Source: Octopus sinensis (taxonomy: Eukaryota). From it: 64,000 nt of DNA. The stretch spans positions 1-64,000 of the forward strand of contig NW_021833419.1 of assembly GCF_006345805.1 (NCBI RefSeq), read 5' to 3'. The notes under the pieces are model-generated. The model made no database searches and had not been told where the DNA came from. It saw only the letters and a program-made list of their open reading frames with translations. Numbering within the stretch: position 1 is the stretch's first letter; each line of letters starts with the position of its first letter. The position numbers and the translations under genes are program-made. Positions 51,721 to 64,000 of this stretch are shown one piece after another.

Positions 51721-53552
51721 ATTTTTTTACTATATATATGTGTACTCACACAAATGTACATGCACGAACATACTGGATTCCTGTAAAAGGCGGCGCAGGA
51801 AGAGTAATCAACAATTGTAGGCTGAGTGGAAAGAAAAAAACCTGCCAACATTTGGAAATAATGTGGAAATAGTGAACAATAATTGCAAAGATACGAAGTA
51901 TTGTTTCTACATAGGGTCATGGCATGTGAAGTGAAGGGAGATAACTTTAGCAGAGTGTGTCTTAGTCTAATGAAGTTATTCCCCTGGAATTGTTTTTTAT
52001 TTAGCATAATTCAGTTGATGGATTTTGCAGACAAAATCAAAAGCGTTATTCCTTCTAAGTGGTCATGGGCCTGCTAGAAATAGCAACCAAATTCACTCAA
52101 GTTACACTGTTCTCGGTGAGTTCAACGCTCAACAATATTCTTAGATTTAATGTCCATTCTGTAATGCTGTTACAGATGTAGAAACCTAAACTTCCGCAAT
52201 CCGCCCCCCCCCCCCTAGTTGTATTCCATTAACAAACCCCTGACTGGCACACAGAAAGTCGAAATATGCCCTACCTCTTTCTTTCTTACCGTTAAACTCA
52301 AACTCTCCCAAGCCAGATCCACAAACAGATGAGTCACCTGACCGGTGCCCCATCGCGACCACTCACAATACATCGACATACTACAAAATGATCCCTGCCT
52401 CCCAGACAGTTAAGGACAAGAAGTCTGGTTTGGGGAGTGGAGTTTCGGAAAATTCACACGACCCGACATTTTTTCCATCGTGGCTTTCAGGAGGGTGGGT
52501 ACTTTTTGGTGAGGTTTTGTGCAAGTACTTTTCGAGCGGCATGGATTGCTATTGTAAACAAACTTGTTGGCGGGGTGTTTTGCAAGGTGGAGGAGTTTCT
52601 GGGGGACGGTGTTTCAAATGGGGCGGCCCACGTGGGTTTGAGTTTCTCCGTTTTGACGGGCATTTTTTTTTTGCAATTTTTACCTTTTTTTCCACCTACC
52701 TTATCACGAAAAAAAAAATGTTTGAACATTCAGAACTCCACCAGTTCTATAGCAGCACACGTGTGACACCTTTGCCCCATCACAAACAAACATTTAGGTG
52801 GCTGACTAAAACCATCCCGTTTCAGCATTTCCCTCTACGTCCCACGTAAAATTCCCATCCAAAGCTTCCTCAATAGTTACGTTGCGGAATATTCAGGCTA
52901 AGAATATAGCCAACTTAGAGAAAATCTACCCCGCTTCCACTTCTTCCCACGAAATATCCAGTTCCATATAGTATTTGCTCAGTTCCACAAATCCCGCAGA
53001 ACCGTCAGTTGAACGGCGAAGGTCACGTCTTTGCATTACAGAACCCGCAAGGTCTTTCGAACATCCAATCCGCAGAAGTAACTTCGATCCTTTGACAAAT
53101 GTCTACAAACAATGCAGAACCCTCTTTTCTTTTATCTTTTACTTGCTGCAGTCATTAGACTCCGGCCATACTGGGATACCACCCTGAAGAATTTTGTTGT
53201 CGAATTAATCGACCCCATTAGTTGTTTTTAAGCCTGGTACCTATTATATAGTTGGTCTTTTGTCAAACCGCTAACATTGGTTGTCAATCGGTGGAGGGGG
53301 ACAAACACACACACATTATATATGTATTATATATACATTCAGAGTGTACAAGATCCTGGTGACTTCGATCCTTCGGCATTGGTATAGGAGCTGGACTCTT
53401 AAATCTGACATGGAGCAAAGAATCCAGGCATTTGAGCACAAGTGCTTCAGAAGGCCGTAACACAGAAGGCTGTACACAGAACACAAAATGAATATCTTGG
53501 CCAGAGACATATGTACGTGCATACCTTCCTACCTACCTACCTACCTACCTAC

Positions 53553-53993
53553 ATATTTCTTTACTACCCTCAAGGGGCTAAACACAGAGGGGACAAACAA
53601 GTACAGACAAATGGATTAAGTCGATTTTATCGACCCCAGTGCGTAACTGGCAGTTAATTTATCGACCCCGAAAGGATGAAAGGCAAAGTCGACCTCGGCG
53701 GAATTTGAACTCAGAACGTAACGGCAGACGAAATACGGCTACGCATTTTGCCCGGCATGCTAACGTTTCTTATTTCTTTATTGCCCACAAGAGGGCTAAA
53801 CATAGAGGAGACAAACAAGGACAGACAAAGGGATTAAGCCGATTACATCGATCCCAGTGCGTAACTGGTACTTTATTTATCGACCCCGAAAGGATGAAAG
53901 GCAAAGTCGACCTCGGCGGAATTTGAACGTAGCGACAGACGAAATAGCGCTGAGCATTTCGCCCCGCATACTAATGTTTCTGCCAGCTCGCCG
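53553..53993 (-). mobile_element. Two tandem Meta-type SINEs
   Basis: 53553-53768 and 53769-53993. The latter has an intact GGCGAGCTGGCAGAAAC head. Confidence 0.88.
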
Positions 53994-54070
53994 TCTTCCT
54001 ACCTACCTACCTACCTACATACATACATACATACACACACATACACACATACATACCTACCTACATACAT

Positions 54071-54101
<31 letters not shown>

Positions 54102-54385
54102 TACATACATACATACATACATACACACATACACACATACACACATACCTACCTACACACACACACACATACATACATACATACACACACACATACACAC
54201 ATACACACACATACACACATACATACATACATACATATATACGCACATACATACATACATACATACATACATACATACATACAATGGAAATAGCAACTCC
54301 CCTGGCAGATAAAAAGGTAAAAAGATGAAGCTTTCCTTGTACGCTCACGGTCATGTATCCTGCCACAACTCCTTGTCCAAAACTA

Positions 54386-54794
54386 AGATCTATTCGGTTT
54401 GAACGGCAGTTTTTTCTAGTGGTGTCATATAAAATTGTCACCCATAATTATGACCCTAGTATCGATCTATTGCATTTCAATCTGTTTTAGTGTTAGGGGT
54501 GGGGGGAAAGGTATCTTTTTTCTTCACAAATGTAAATAAACCCAATCTGTTTCTTAAACGAGGGACATATTCATACAGCACAGAATGTAAATACCTCAAT
54601 AGACGGTCATTGATTGGTTGAAATTACAGAAATTGAAGAAAAAAACAACAAATATCTTACAAACCATAGAATTTTCTCAATAAAGCCAAGAGAAAAAGAT
54701 GTTTTATAAACACATTCTACCGGTATACGAAGTTTAAAATTTTTTAGTTACCTAGAAATTATGTTAAAAACTGCCGTTGAAACCGAAAAGATCC
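54386..54794. mobile_element. MITE (GGATC family), 8-bp TSD CAAAACTA
   Basis: TIRs present. Exact TSD at 54378-54385 and 54795-54802. Confidence 0.92.
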
Positions 54795-55073
54795 CAAAAC
54801 TATTCTCCAGGGTAGAGTTGAGGGAAAGAGAAAGAGACAACTGGACAGGTCACTGCACAGTAGACCTGTTACATATGAAATAGAACAGAGACCAGTGGCG
54901 GCGGCTGACCATGAAAGCGTCTCGTGGGGTACCCCAAACGACTGGCTGCATCAAAAATACGTATATATATATCGATGTCAACACATAGGCATGTTCGTAC
55001 CCGTCTGTGTACATTTATGGACGTTTGTGTGCATGCACATGTGCCCGGACATCAGAGACCCTCACAATGTTGT

Positions 55074-55577
<504 letters not shown>

Positions 55578-55664
55578 GTTCGTATTTTTTATATTTCAAG
55601 CTGATGCTGACTGTTAGGCAAAAGTTGCAATCATCTGCTGTAATCATTCACTACCATATTCTGC

Positions 55665-57076
55665 TGCAATTATCCACTGCAATCTTCCACTGCAATCATC
55701 CACTGGCAAACATCCACTGCAATCATCCACTGGAATTATCAACTGTAATCTTCCACTGGCAATGATCCACAGCAATTATCAACTGCAATCTTCCACTGCA
55801 ATTATCAACTGCAATCTTCCACTGGCAATCAACCACTGCAATCATCCACTGCAATCATCCACTGCAATCATCCACTGGCAATCATCCACTGCAATCATCC
55901 ACTGGCAAACATCCACTGGCAATCATCCACTGCAATCATCCACTGCAATCATCCACTGGCAATCATCCACTGCAATCATCCACTGGCAAACATCCATGGC
56001 AATCATCCACTGCAATCATCCACTGGCAATCATCCACTGCAATCATCCACTGGCAAACATCCACTGGCAATCATCCACTGCAATCATCCACTGTAATCTT
56101 CCACTGCAATCTTCCACTGCAATTATCAACTGCAATCTTCCACTGGCAATCATCCACTGGCAATAAACCACTGCAATCATCCACTGCAATCATCCACTGC
56201 AATCATCCACTGGCAATCATCCACTGCAATCATCCACTGGCAAACATCCATGGCAATCATCCACTGCAATCATCCACTGCAATCATCCACTGGCAATCAT
56301 CCACTGCAATCATCCACTGCAATTATCAACTGCAATCTTCCACTGGCAATCATCCACTGCAATCATCCACTGGCAATCAACCACTGCAATTATCCACTGG
56401 CAATCATCCACTGCAATTATCAACTGCAATCTTCCACTGGCAATCATCCACTGTAATCCTCCACTGCAATTATCAACTGCAATCTTCCACTGGCAATCAT
56501 CCGCTGCAATCATCCACTGGCAATCAGCTACTGCAATCATCCACTGCAATCATCCACTGCAATTATCCACTGTAATCTTCCACTGGCAATCATCCACTGT
56601 AATTATCAGCTACAATTATCAACTGCAATCTTCCACTGGCATTCAACCACTGCAATCATCCACTGCAATCATCCACTGCAATTATCAACTGCAATCTTCC
56701 ACTGGCAATCATCCACTGCAATCATCCGCTGCAATTATCAACTGCAATCTTCCACTGCAATTATCCACTGCAATTATCAACTGCAATCTTCCACTGGCAA
56801 TCATCCACTGCAATCATCCACTGGCAATCATCCACTGCAATCTTCCACTGCAATTATCAACTGCAATCTTCCACTGGCAATCATCCACTGCAATCATCCA
56901 CTGCAATCATCCACTGCAATCATCCGCTGCAATCATCCGCTGCAATTATCAACTGCAATCTTCCACTGCAATTATCAACTGCAATCTTCCACTGGCAATC
57001 ATCCAATGCAATCATCCACTGCAATTATCCACTGCAATCATCAACTGCAATCATCCACTGGCAATCCTCCACTGCA
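55665..57076. repeat. ~1.4-kb minisatellite of 13/14-bp units TGCAATCATCCAC / TGGCAATCATCCAC
   Basis: Directly visible, with recurring variants TGCAATTATCAAC and TGCAATCTTCCAC. Confidence 0.95.
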
Positions 57077-57625
57077 GTAAACCCCCACTGCTCGCTGACG
57101 TAAAATCTTTTACGCGAACACAATGGAGATAGGAACACTGCCAGACTTAATAAATATGGACATGGACCGCAGCTTGTGATGTGATAAGCGATAGACATAT
57201 TCCTAAGCCTCCTCCTTCATCATTTCCACTCCACTCTCTTCGTCCCCTTCATCACCGCCATCACTATCACAATCGTTGTCTCTTCTTCCCCGTTTCTCTC
57301 TTTGATGCCCACTGTATTCCTTCCATTCCTCTTGTTTACGGTAACACGCAGAGTGAGATATCATCAGCTCAGCTTCCTTTTTTAGTTGTTTAAATAACAC
57401 TTCTGAGTGAAGTAGATAAAAACATTTCCTACTTAGCAACATTTAAACAAATACGAATTAATATCTGCTTCTTCTACCACTCTCTGAATATCTCTTACCA
57501 CCAAGACCACCACCACCACCACCATCACCACCACCACCATCACCACCACCATCACCACCACCACTACCACTTCGGTCATATCTCTTGTTGCCTCGAAGAT
57601 CACCTCTCACTTCACCCCCCCAAAT

Positions 57626-57812
57626 TTATTTCTTATTTCTTTATTGCCCACAAGGGGCTAAACGTAGAGGGGACAAACAAGGACAGACACACGGATTAAG
57701 TCGATTACATCGACCCCAGAGCGTAAATGGTACTTAATTTATCGACCCCGAAAGGATGAAAGGCAAAGTCGACCTCGGCGGAATTTGAACTCAGGACGTA
57801 GCGGCAGACGAA
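57626..57812 (-). mobile_element. Meta-type SINE (family B), 5'-truncated
   Basis: Meta core plus tail CCCCTTGTGGGCAATAAAGAAATAAGAAAT. Confidence 0.85.
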
Positions 57813-58464
57813 AGTCTCATTGTCTAGGTACAAAATAACACGGAAGAGATTGTGGGAGAGAGGGCGAGCTAACGGTTCTGCCCAGCTGCCCGCCGTTGTA
57901 AAATATGTGGGAAAAGTGGTCAAAGTTTGTAGTAAGTCCGGTCCGTTTGAAATGGATGAGGGGGGGAGGTAACGGCCAAGTCGGTGATGGTAGGAATTTA
58001 GTAAGATGCGCTTTGAGGCAACAGATAAAGGGACATTTACAAAATAAGACCTACCTCCACACACACACACACACACCACACACACACACACACATACACA
58101 CACAAGACATGAATCGCAAGGAGGAGAAAAAGTGAATGGGACAGTAGGAGTGGTCAGAAACTAAAGAAAATACATTTAAAGAATATGGCGGCTGTAAATG
58201 AATATAAAGACAAGATCATCTAGAACTGTAAGGAGCGGTCAGAATAAGACGCCCGCTCGCACACGCACACACGCGCACACGCAACACACGCACACACGCG
58301 CACACGCGCACACGCACACACGCGCACACGCACACACGTTCCCTACGCACACGCATCAATAATTGTCGCTAATAGTCTTGTTTGAAAGAGAAAGACAAAC
58401 AGGATCCAAGGTAAGTACCTATTATATCGAGCAGAGAAGACATAATTATTATTCAATACATACA

Positions 58465-58495
<31 letters not shown>

Positions 58496-58908
58496 CTACG
58501 TACGTACGTACATACATACATACGAATACAAACAAATATGTACATATATTTACCTATTTATTTGTCTGTCTCCCCCTCACTCTGCATGTATGTATATATG
58601 TATGTGTGTGTGTGTGTGTGTATATATATATGTTTATATATGTATATATATATATATATATGTATATATATTGTTGTCTGACAGCGCCTCGCGTCGGGTT
58701 CGTTTTCGATTCGTCGGTTCGTTCCATCTCGTCCTCCATTTTAATTCTTATATATATTCAAGACGCGAAATTATCTCCCCTTGCTTTACCCTCTCCCCTC
58801 TCTCTCCCTCTCACTCTCCCTCCTCTCTCTCTCAGCCGCGTGTCCCCCTCTTTTTCTCTCTCTCTCTCACTCCTCCTTCTTCCTCACCGCCAGCCATAAT
58901 CTCTTTCT

Positions 58909-60207
58909 GGATCTTTTCTATTCTGAAGCCAGTTTTTTCAAATTTTTCCTACTGAACCAAACAATTTGAAACTTCGTATACTGGTAGAATGTGTCAAAAG
59001 TAAACTTAATTGTAAACCAGAATGAAAACGGAATTGTAACTTCTAAGTTTAACGTTGTTTAATAATTAGAATTTTAACCAATGATATTCCGTCATTCGGC
59101 TTTATTTTATTTACTCCGTCTCGACCACCAATTTCGTGACGTATTAAACATCTTAAATGTAAACAAGCTATAGTCAGCCACCTTCTAATAACAAAAGTTT
59201 GTCTTTGAAGTTACCGTCTAGGGGAAGCATTGATGTACATGTGTGTGTGTGTGTGTGGTTTGATGGGGTGTGGGAGACAGTATGTTGTGTAAGTGAAGTG
59301 CTTCTGTTAGTGTGTGTGAAGAGACAGAGAGAGTAATGTGTGAAGAGAGAGATAACTGAAATTTTTTACTCGGTGTATGTGTATATGTATGTCTGCATGT
59401 ATGTGTGTGTGTATGTATGTGTAAGTATGTGTGTGTGTGTGTATGTATGTGTGTGTGTATGTATGTATGGCCGATTCATCGTAATTACGATGAATCGGCC
59501 ATACATACATAGATACATACACACACACACATACATGCAGACATACATATACACATACACCGAGTAAAAAATTTCAGTTATCTCTCTCTTTCACACATTA
59601 CTCTCTCTGTCTCTTCACACACACTAACAGAAGCACTTCACTTACACAACATACTGTCTCCCACACCCCATCAAACACACACACACATGTACATCAATGC
59701 TTCCCCTAGACGGTAACTTCAAAGACAAACTTCCCTCGTCATAAAATCGCTTCCTCTTAGTCTCTTTCGCTCTCATTACTTATGTAAAAAAATAAAAGTT
59801 TTTTACGGAAATCGACGGAAAACTTGTGCTACGACAAGCGAAACTTCGCCGAAATTTAATATTAAAAAAGCAAAGAGCTGGCAGAAACGTTAGCACGCCG
59901 GGCGAAATGCGTAGCCGTATTTCGTCTGCCGTGTTTGTTTACAGTTTTCCGAACGTTAGTACGTCACAAAAGCGCTTTCTACGTCACACTAATAGAATGC
60001 AGTCAAGTTTTACACATGAAAACAAACAATCTGATTGGTTAAAATTCGCAGTTTTAATCTACGATTAAAGTCATAAAATAGATTTTTCTCAAATAAACTA
60101 GTTCCAACCTGTGTCTTGTTTTGCTAGACTCTATCAGCATACGAAGTTTCAGATTATTTAGTTAAGTAGAAAGATCTGTGGTCCTGGCTTCAGAATAGAA
60201 AAGATCC
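58909..60207. mobile_element. 1.3-kb composite MITE (GGATC family variant), 8-bp TSD CTCTTTCT
   Basis: TIR GGATCTTTTCTATTCTGAAGCCAG / CTGGCTTCAGAATAGAAAAGATCC. Exact TSD at 58901-58908 and 60208-60215. Shares the subterminal AAACTTCGTATACTGGTAGAATGTG motif with the family. Confidence 0.88.
59195..59732. repeat. Spacer-less palindrome centred at 59484/59485
   Basis: Centre GGCCGATTCATCGTAA|TTACGATGAATCGGCC. The arms are reverse-complementary out to AAGTTTGTCTTTG / CAAAGACAAACTT. Confidence 0.95.
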
Positions 60208-60852
60208 CTCTTTCTTTTGCACGCTGCCTTTGGGACTGAAAAGTCATGCTTTCCATACGCTTTCCATACGCTTTCCATACGCTGCCACTACATCTTCCGT
60301 CTAGCCAAAAAAGGCCTTTTCGTTCGTTTTTTCTCGTTCGTTCTCTTGTTTTAATTGATTTCCCGTATTGTATTCTTTTTTTATTTCTCGTTTGTATTTT
60401 TTTGTACATATATTTTTATCGTGTAATTTATTTTGTATTTTACTGTGCAGTTTTATTATTACGTCCTGGTTGTGTTCTTAACCGTTTTTCACCCGGCTGC
60501 TTGGAATTTTATTTTAATTCTCTCGCAGGAAGGCTTAGTTTTACGATGTGTCCTGTCTCGCCTTCGAAACACGCTTGAGTCTAACTAGCGACAGCTGATG
60601 ACCGGGGACTTTTCCTTATTTTCTTGTTATAATTTTATGTTTTTCCCGTTTCTACGTCCTGTTGTGGTGTCCTGTACTCACGTATATTTGTTTATATATG
60701 CATGTATATATACATGTAGATGTGGGTACGTACATGTATGTTTGTGTGTATGCATATGTTTTGATTATTACATTGTTGTCTGACAGCGCCTCGCGTTGGG
60801 TTTGTTTTCGATTCGTCGGTTCGTTCCATCTCTTGTCCTCCATTTTAATTCT

Positions 60853-61001
<149 letters not shown>

Positions 61002-61111
61002 TATATATATATATTATATATATATATATAGTATATATATATATATATATATATAATGCTAAAAAGATTTTGCCAGAAGTGATGTAAGCATCTTTTATTT
61101 ATTTACTGATA

Positions 61112-61331
61112 TTCTTTTATTTGTTTCAGTCATTTGACTACGGCCGTGCTGGAGCACCACCTTTAGTCGAAGAAATCGACCCCAAGACGTATTCTTTGTA
61201 AGCCTAGTACTTATTATATCACTCTCTTTTACCGAATTGCTAAGTTTCGGGGACGTAATCACACCAACATCGCTTGTCAAACACACCTACCCACTCTCAC
61301 GCACACACACACGCGCACACACACACGCACA

Positions 61332-61371
<40 letters not shown>

Positions 61372-61742
61372 CGTTCTTCCACAAAGATTCGGCCAACCAG
61401 ACTCCACTCAACAAGGCTTTGGTTAGCTCGGGGCTACAACGGAAGACACGTGGGACTGAACCGGGAACCACATCTATTACTAAATATATATCATATCTAT
61501 ATATATAAATACGCATACATAGACACGTGCCTATCTCTTTACTCTTTACTTGTTTCAGTCATTTGACTGCGGCCATGCTGGAGCACCGTCTTTTAGTCGA
61601 GCAAATCGACCCCGGGACTTATTCTTTGTAAGCCCAATACTTATACTATCGGTCTCTTTTGCCGAACCGCTAAGTGACGGGGACGTAAACACACCAGCAT
61701 CGGTTGTCAAGTGATGTTGGGGGGACAAACACAGACACACAA

Positions 61743-61803
<61 letters not shown>

Positions 61804-61951
61804 CATATATACGACAGGCTTCTTTCAGTTTCCGTCTACCAAATCCACTCACAAGGCAGAGGACACTTTCCCAAGATACCACGCAGTGGGACTGAACCCG
61901 GAACCATGTGGTTGGTTAGCAAGCTACTTACCACACAGCCACTCCTGCGCC
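61112..61951 (-). mobile_element. Two CORE-type SINEs (61112-61475 diverged, 61533-61951)
   Basis: Match family A. Confidence 0.82.
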
Positions 61952-62496
61952 TGTAAACGCTCACTACGCAACACATACATATATAAATAGAAGTATACAC
62001 GCAAATGCGCGCGTGCACCAACACACTGACACCACATGGTCCTGTTTGGGACAGTCTAACCAGTCCGAACTGGTTTTCAGGTTCTGGTCAAAGGAACCCT
62101 TCACCTACATATTAATTATAGATTTATCGATTTTTTTATTCGTCTATAATACTCGTGAAATAGTGGAGAGATCAATAACTAATACAGACATTCGAACTAA
62201 CACACATACACACACACACACATAGATATATATGTGTGTATATTTTTACGAAGGTTTATATTGCGCGCGCATGCGTGCTCTTCTCTATTGATAAGTATGT
62301 ATTATATTCCTGAGCAGTTTTGGTGAAGTATCTCGATAGACTTAGCGCTATACATTCATATATGCACACACTGACATATATATATATATATATACACATA
62401 TGTGTGTGTGTGTATGTATACATACATATTTGTATATGTATGTATATATATGTATGTGTATATATATATATATATATATATACTATTATATATATC

Positions 62497-62526
<30 letters not shown>

Positions 62527-62527
<1 letters not shown>

Positions 62528-63180
62528 TGTGTACAGTGCTCAGGTGCACTACAACTCATCTAAAGTGTATATATAATCAGGTGTAGGTTCGGCGGATTTC
62601 GGAAGATGAGGGCTTAAAGGATGCAGTGTCATGGCAGTCAACAACTGACGCAGGCAATTTATTCCATGCTTCAGCAACTCTGAGCGTGAAAAAATGTTTC
62701 CGAAAGTCATGGGAGCTGTGCTGTTTTCTGACTTTGTAGGCATGTCCACGTGTGTTAGACACATGGAGGTCAAAAAGGTGTTCAGTGTTGTTGTTGGTGA
62801 GGTGGTTGATAACCTTGTGGGTGTTTACCAAGTCCGTCGCCAGACGCCGGAGCTTCAGTGAATCCATGCCCAGGGAAACAAGGCGCTCAGAATATGGTAG
62901 GTGTCTGATGGAGGGTATGCGTTTGGTTGCACGTCTCTGGACAGATTCCAGGAGGTCAATGTTATGAGCAAGATAGGGATTCCAAACTGATGATGCGAAT
63001 TCCAAGTGTGGTCGTACCATAGCTGTATACAGTTTTAAGTAGATGGCTGGAGAGCGGCTAACAAAAGTCTTGCTGAGTGATGCCAAGACACCCTCGGCCT
63101 TCTTGACAATTTTAGAGATATGCTTTGTCCAACGCAAATCACTGCTGACAGTGATGCCTAGGTCACGCTCGCAAGAGGAT
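62527..63180 (-). pseudogene. CR1-group LINE 3' fragment (RT C-terminus)
   Basis: LYTAMVRPHLEFASSVWNPY...LESVQRRATK...YSERL...TRGH...KHFFTLRV..WNKLP, followed by an (ATT)n tail. Confidence 0.88.
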
Positions 63181-63231
63181 ATATATGTATGTATGTATAT
63201 ATATATGTATATATATATATATTATTATATA

Positions 63232-63277
<46 letters not shown>

Positions 63278-63278
<1 letters not shown>

Positions 63279-63935
63279 TGTGTACAGTGCTCAGGTGTGC
63301 ACTACACTCATCTAAAGTGTATATATAATCAGGTGTAGGTTCGGCGGATTTCGGAAAGCATGAGGGCCTTAAAGGATGCAGTGTCATGGCAGTCAACAAC
63401 TGACGCAGGCAATTTATTCCATCGCTCAGCAACTCTGAGCGTGAAAAAATGTTTCCGAAAGTCATGGGAGCTGTGCTGTTTTCTGACTTTGTAGGCATGT
63501 CCACGTGTGTTAGACACATGGAGGTCAAAAAGGTGTTCAGTGTTGTTGTGTGGTGAGGTGGTTGATAACCTTGTGGGTGGTTACCAAGTCCGTCGCCAGA
63601 CGCCGGAGCTTCAGTGAATCCATGCCCAGGGAAACAAGGCGCTCAGAATATGGTAGGTGTCTGATGGAGGGTATGCGTTTGGTTGCACGTCTCTGGACAG
63701 ATCCAGGAGGTCAATGTTATGAGCAAGATAGGGATTCCAAACTGATGATGCGAATTCCAAGTGTGGTCGTACCATAGCTGTATACAGTTTTAAGTAGATG
63801 GCTGGAGAGCGGCTAACAAAAGTCTGCTGAGAGTGATGCCAAGACACCTCGGCCTTCTTGACAATTTTAGAGATATGCTTTGTCCAACGCAAATCACTGC
63901 TGACAGTGATGCCTAGGTCACGCTCGCAAGAGGAT
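63278..63935 (-). pseudogene. Tandem second copy of the CR1 fragment, with many 1-bp indels
   Basis: Same 5' truncation point and the same flanking microsatellite as 62527-63180. Confidence 0.85.
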
Positions 63936-64000
63936 ATATATGTATGTATGTATATATATATGTATATATATATATATGTATGTATGTATATGTGTATATA

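Larger units (their letters stand above)
53341..54955 (+). pseudogene. RTE-clade LINE 3' fragment split by nested insertions
   Basis: 53341 translates as RVYKILVTSILRHWYRSWTLKSDMEQRIQAFEHKCFRR. Across the MITE it reads GHVSCHNSLSKT|ILQGRVEGKRKR. Both match RTE C-terminal motifs. Confidence 0.82.

Noticed and set aside
55665-57076. CRISPR-like or Cys/His repeat-protein interpretation of the array
   Set aside because: There are no unique spacers, the context is eukaryotic, and mixed 13/14-bp units shift frame constantly.
57203-57442. 79-aa minus-strand ORF with an acidic tail
   Set aside because: Non-ATG start, no recognisable domain, and the acidic part is low-complexity.

Overview
AT-rich, microsatellite-saturated animal genomic DNA, most likely intronic or intergenic. 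The SINE repertoire (tRNA-head CORE-type and Meta-domain-type families with (TA)n/(TG)n/(AAT)n tracts) is what I recognise from Octopus, though the species cannot be fixed from sequence alone. No host protein-coding gene can be firmly identified, and nearly all supplied ORFs are translations of simple repeats or SINEs. Recognisable coding sequence comes from transposons. It comprises a near full-length, frameshifted Tx1/L1-clade LINE (~43.7-49.4 kb, minus), the 5' part of a second diverged Tx1-like element (21.4-22.8 kb), a Penelope-like element with RT and GIY-YIG domains (33.7-36.5 kb), and fragments of a Naiad-type PLE, an RTE, a CR1 and a Gypsy element. Non-coding mobile DNA includes three SINE families, eight MITEs with GGATC termini (mostly with 8-bp TSDs) and three non-autonomous Helitrons. 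Four observations stand out. (1) Both Tx1-like 5' ends sit immediately behind a co-oriented Meta-type SINE segment, and the SINE 3' tail resembles the Tx1 3' end. (2) Several minimal type-I hammerhead-like motifs and one HDV-like candidate are dispersed through the window. (3) A spacer-less ~540-bp palindrome lies inside a TSD-flanked MITE. (4) One Tx1 5' UTR carries ~141-bp tandem monomers. Interspersed-repeat boundaries are approximate unless a TSD is quoted.
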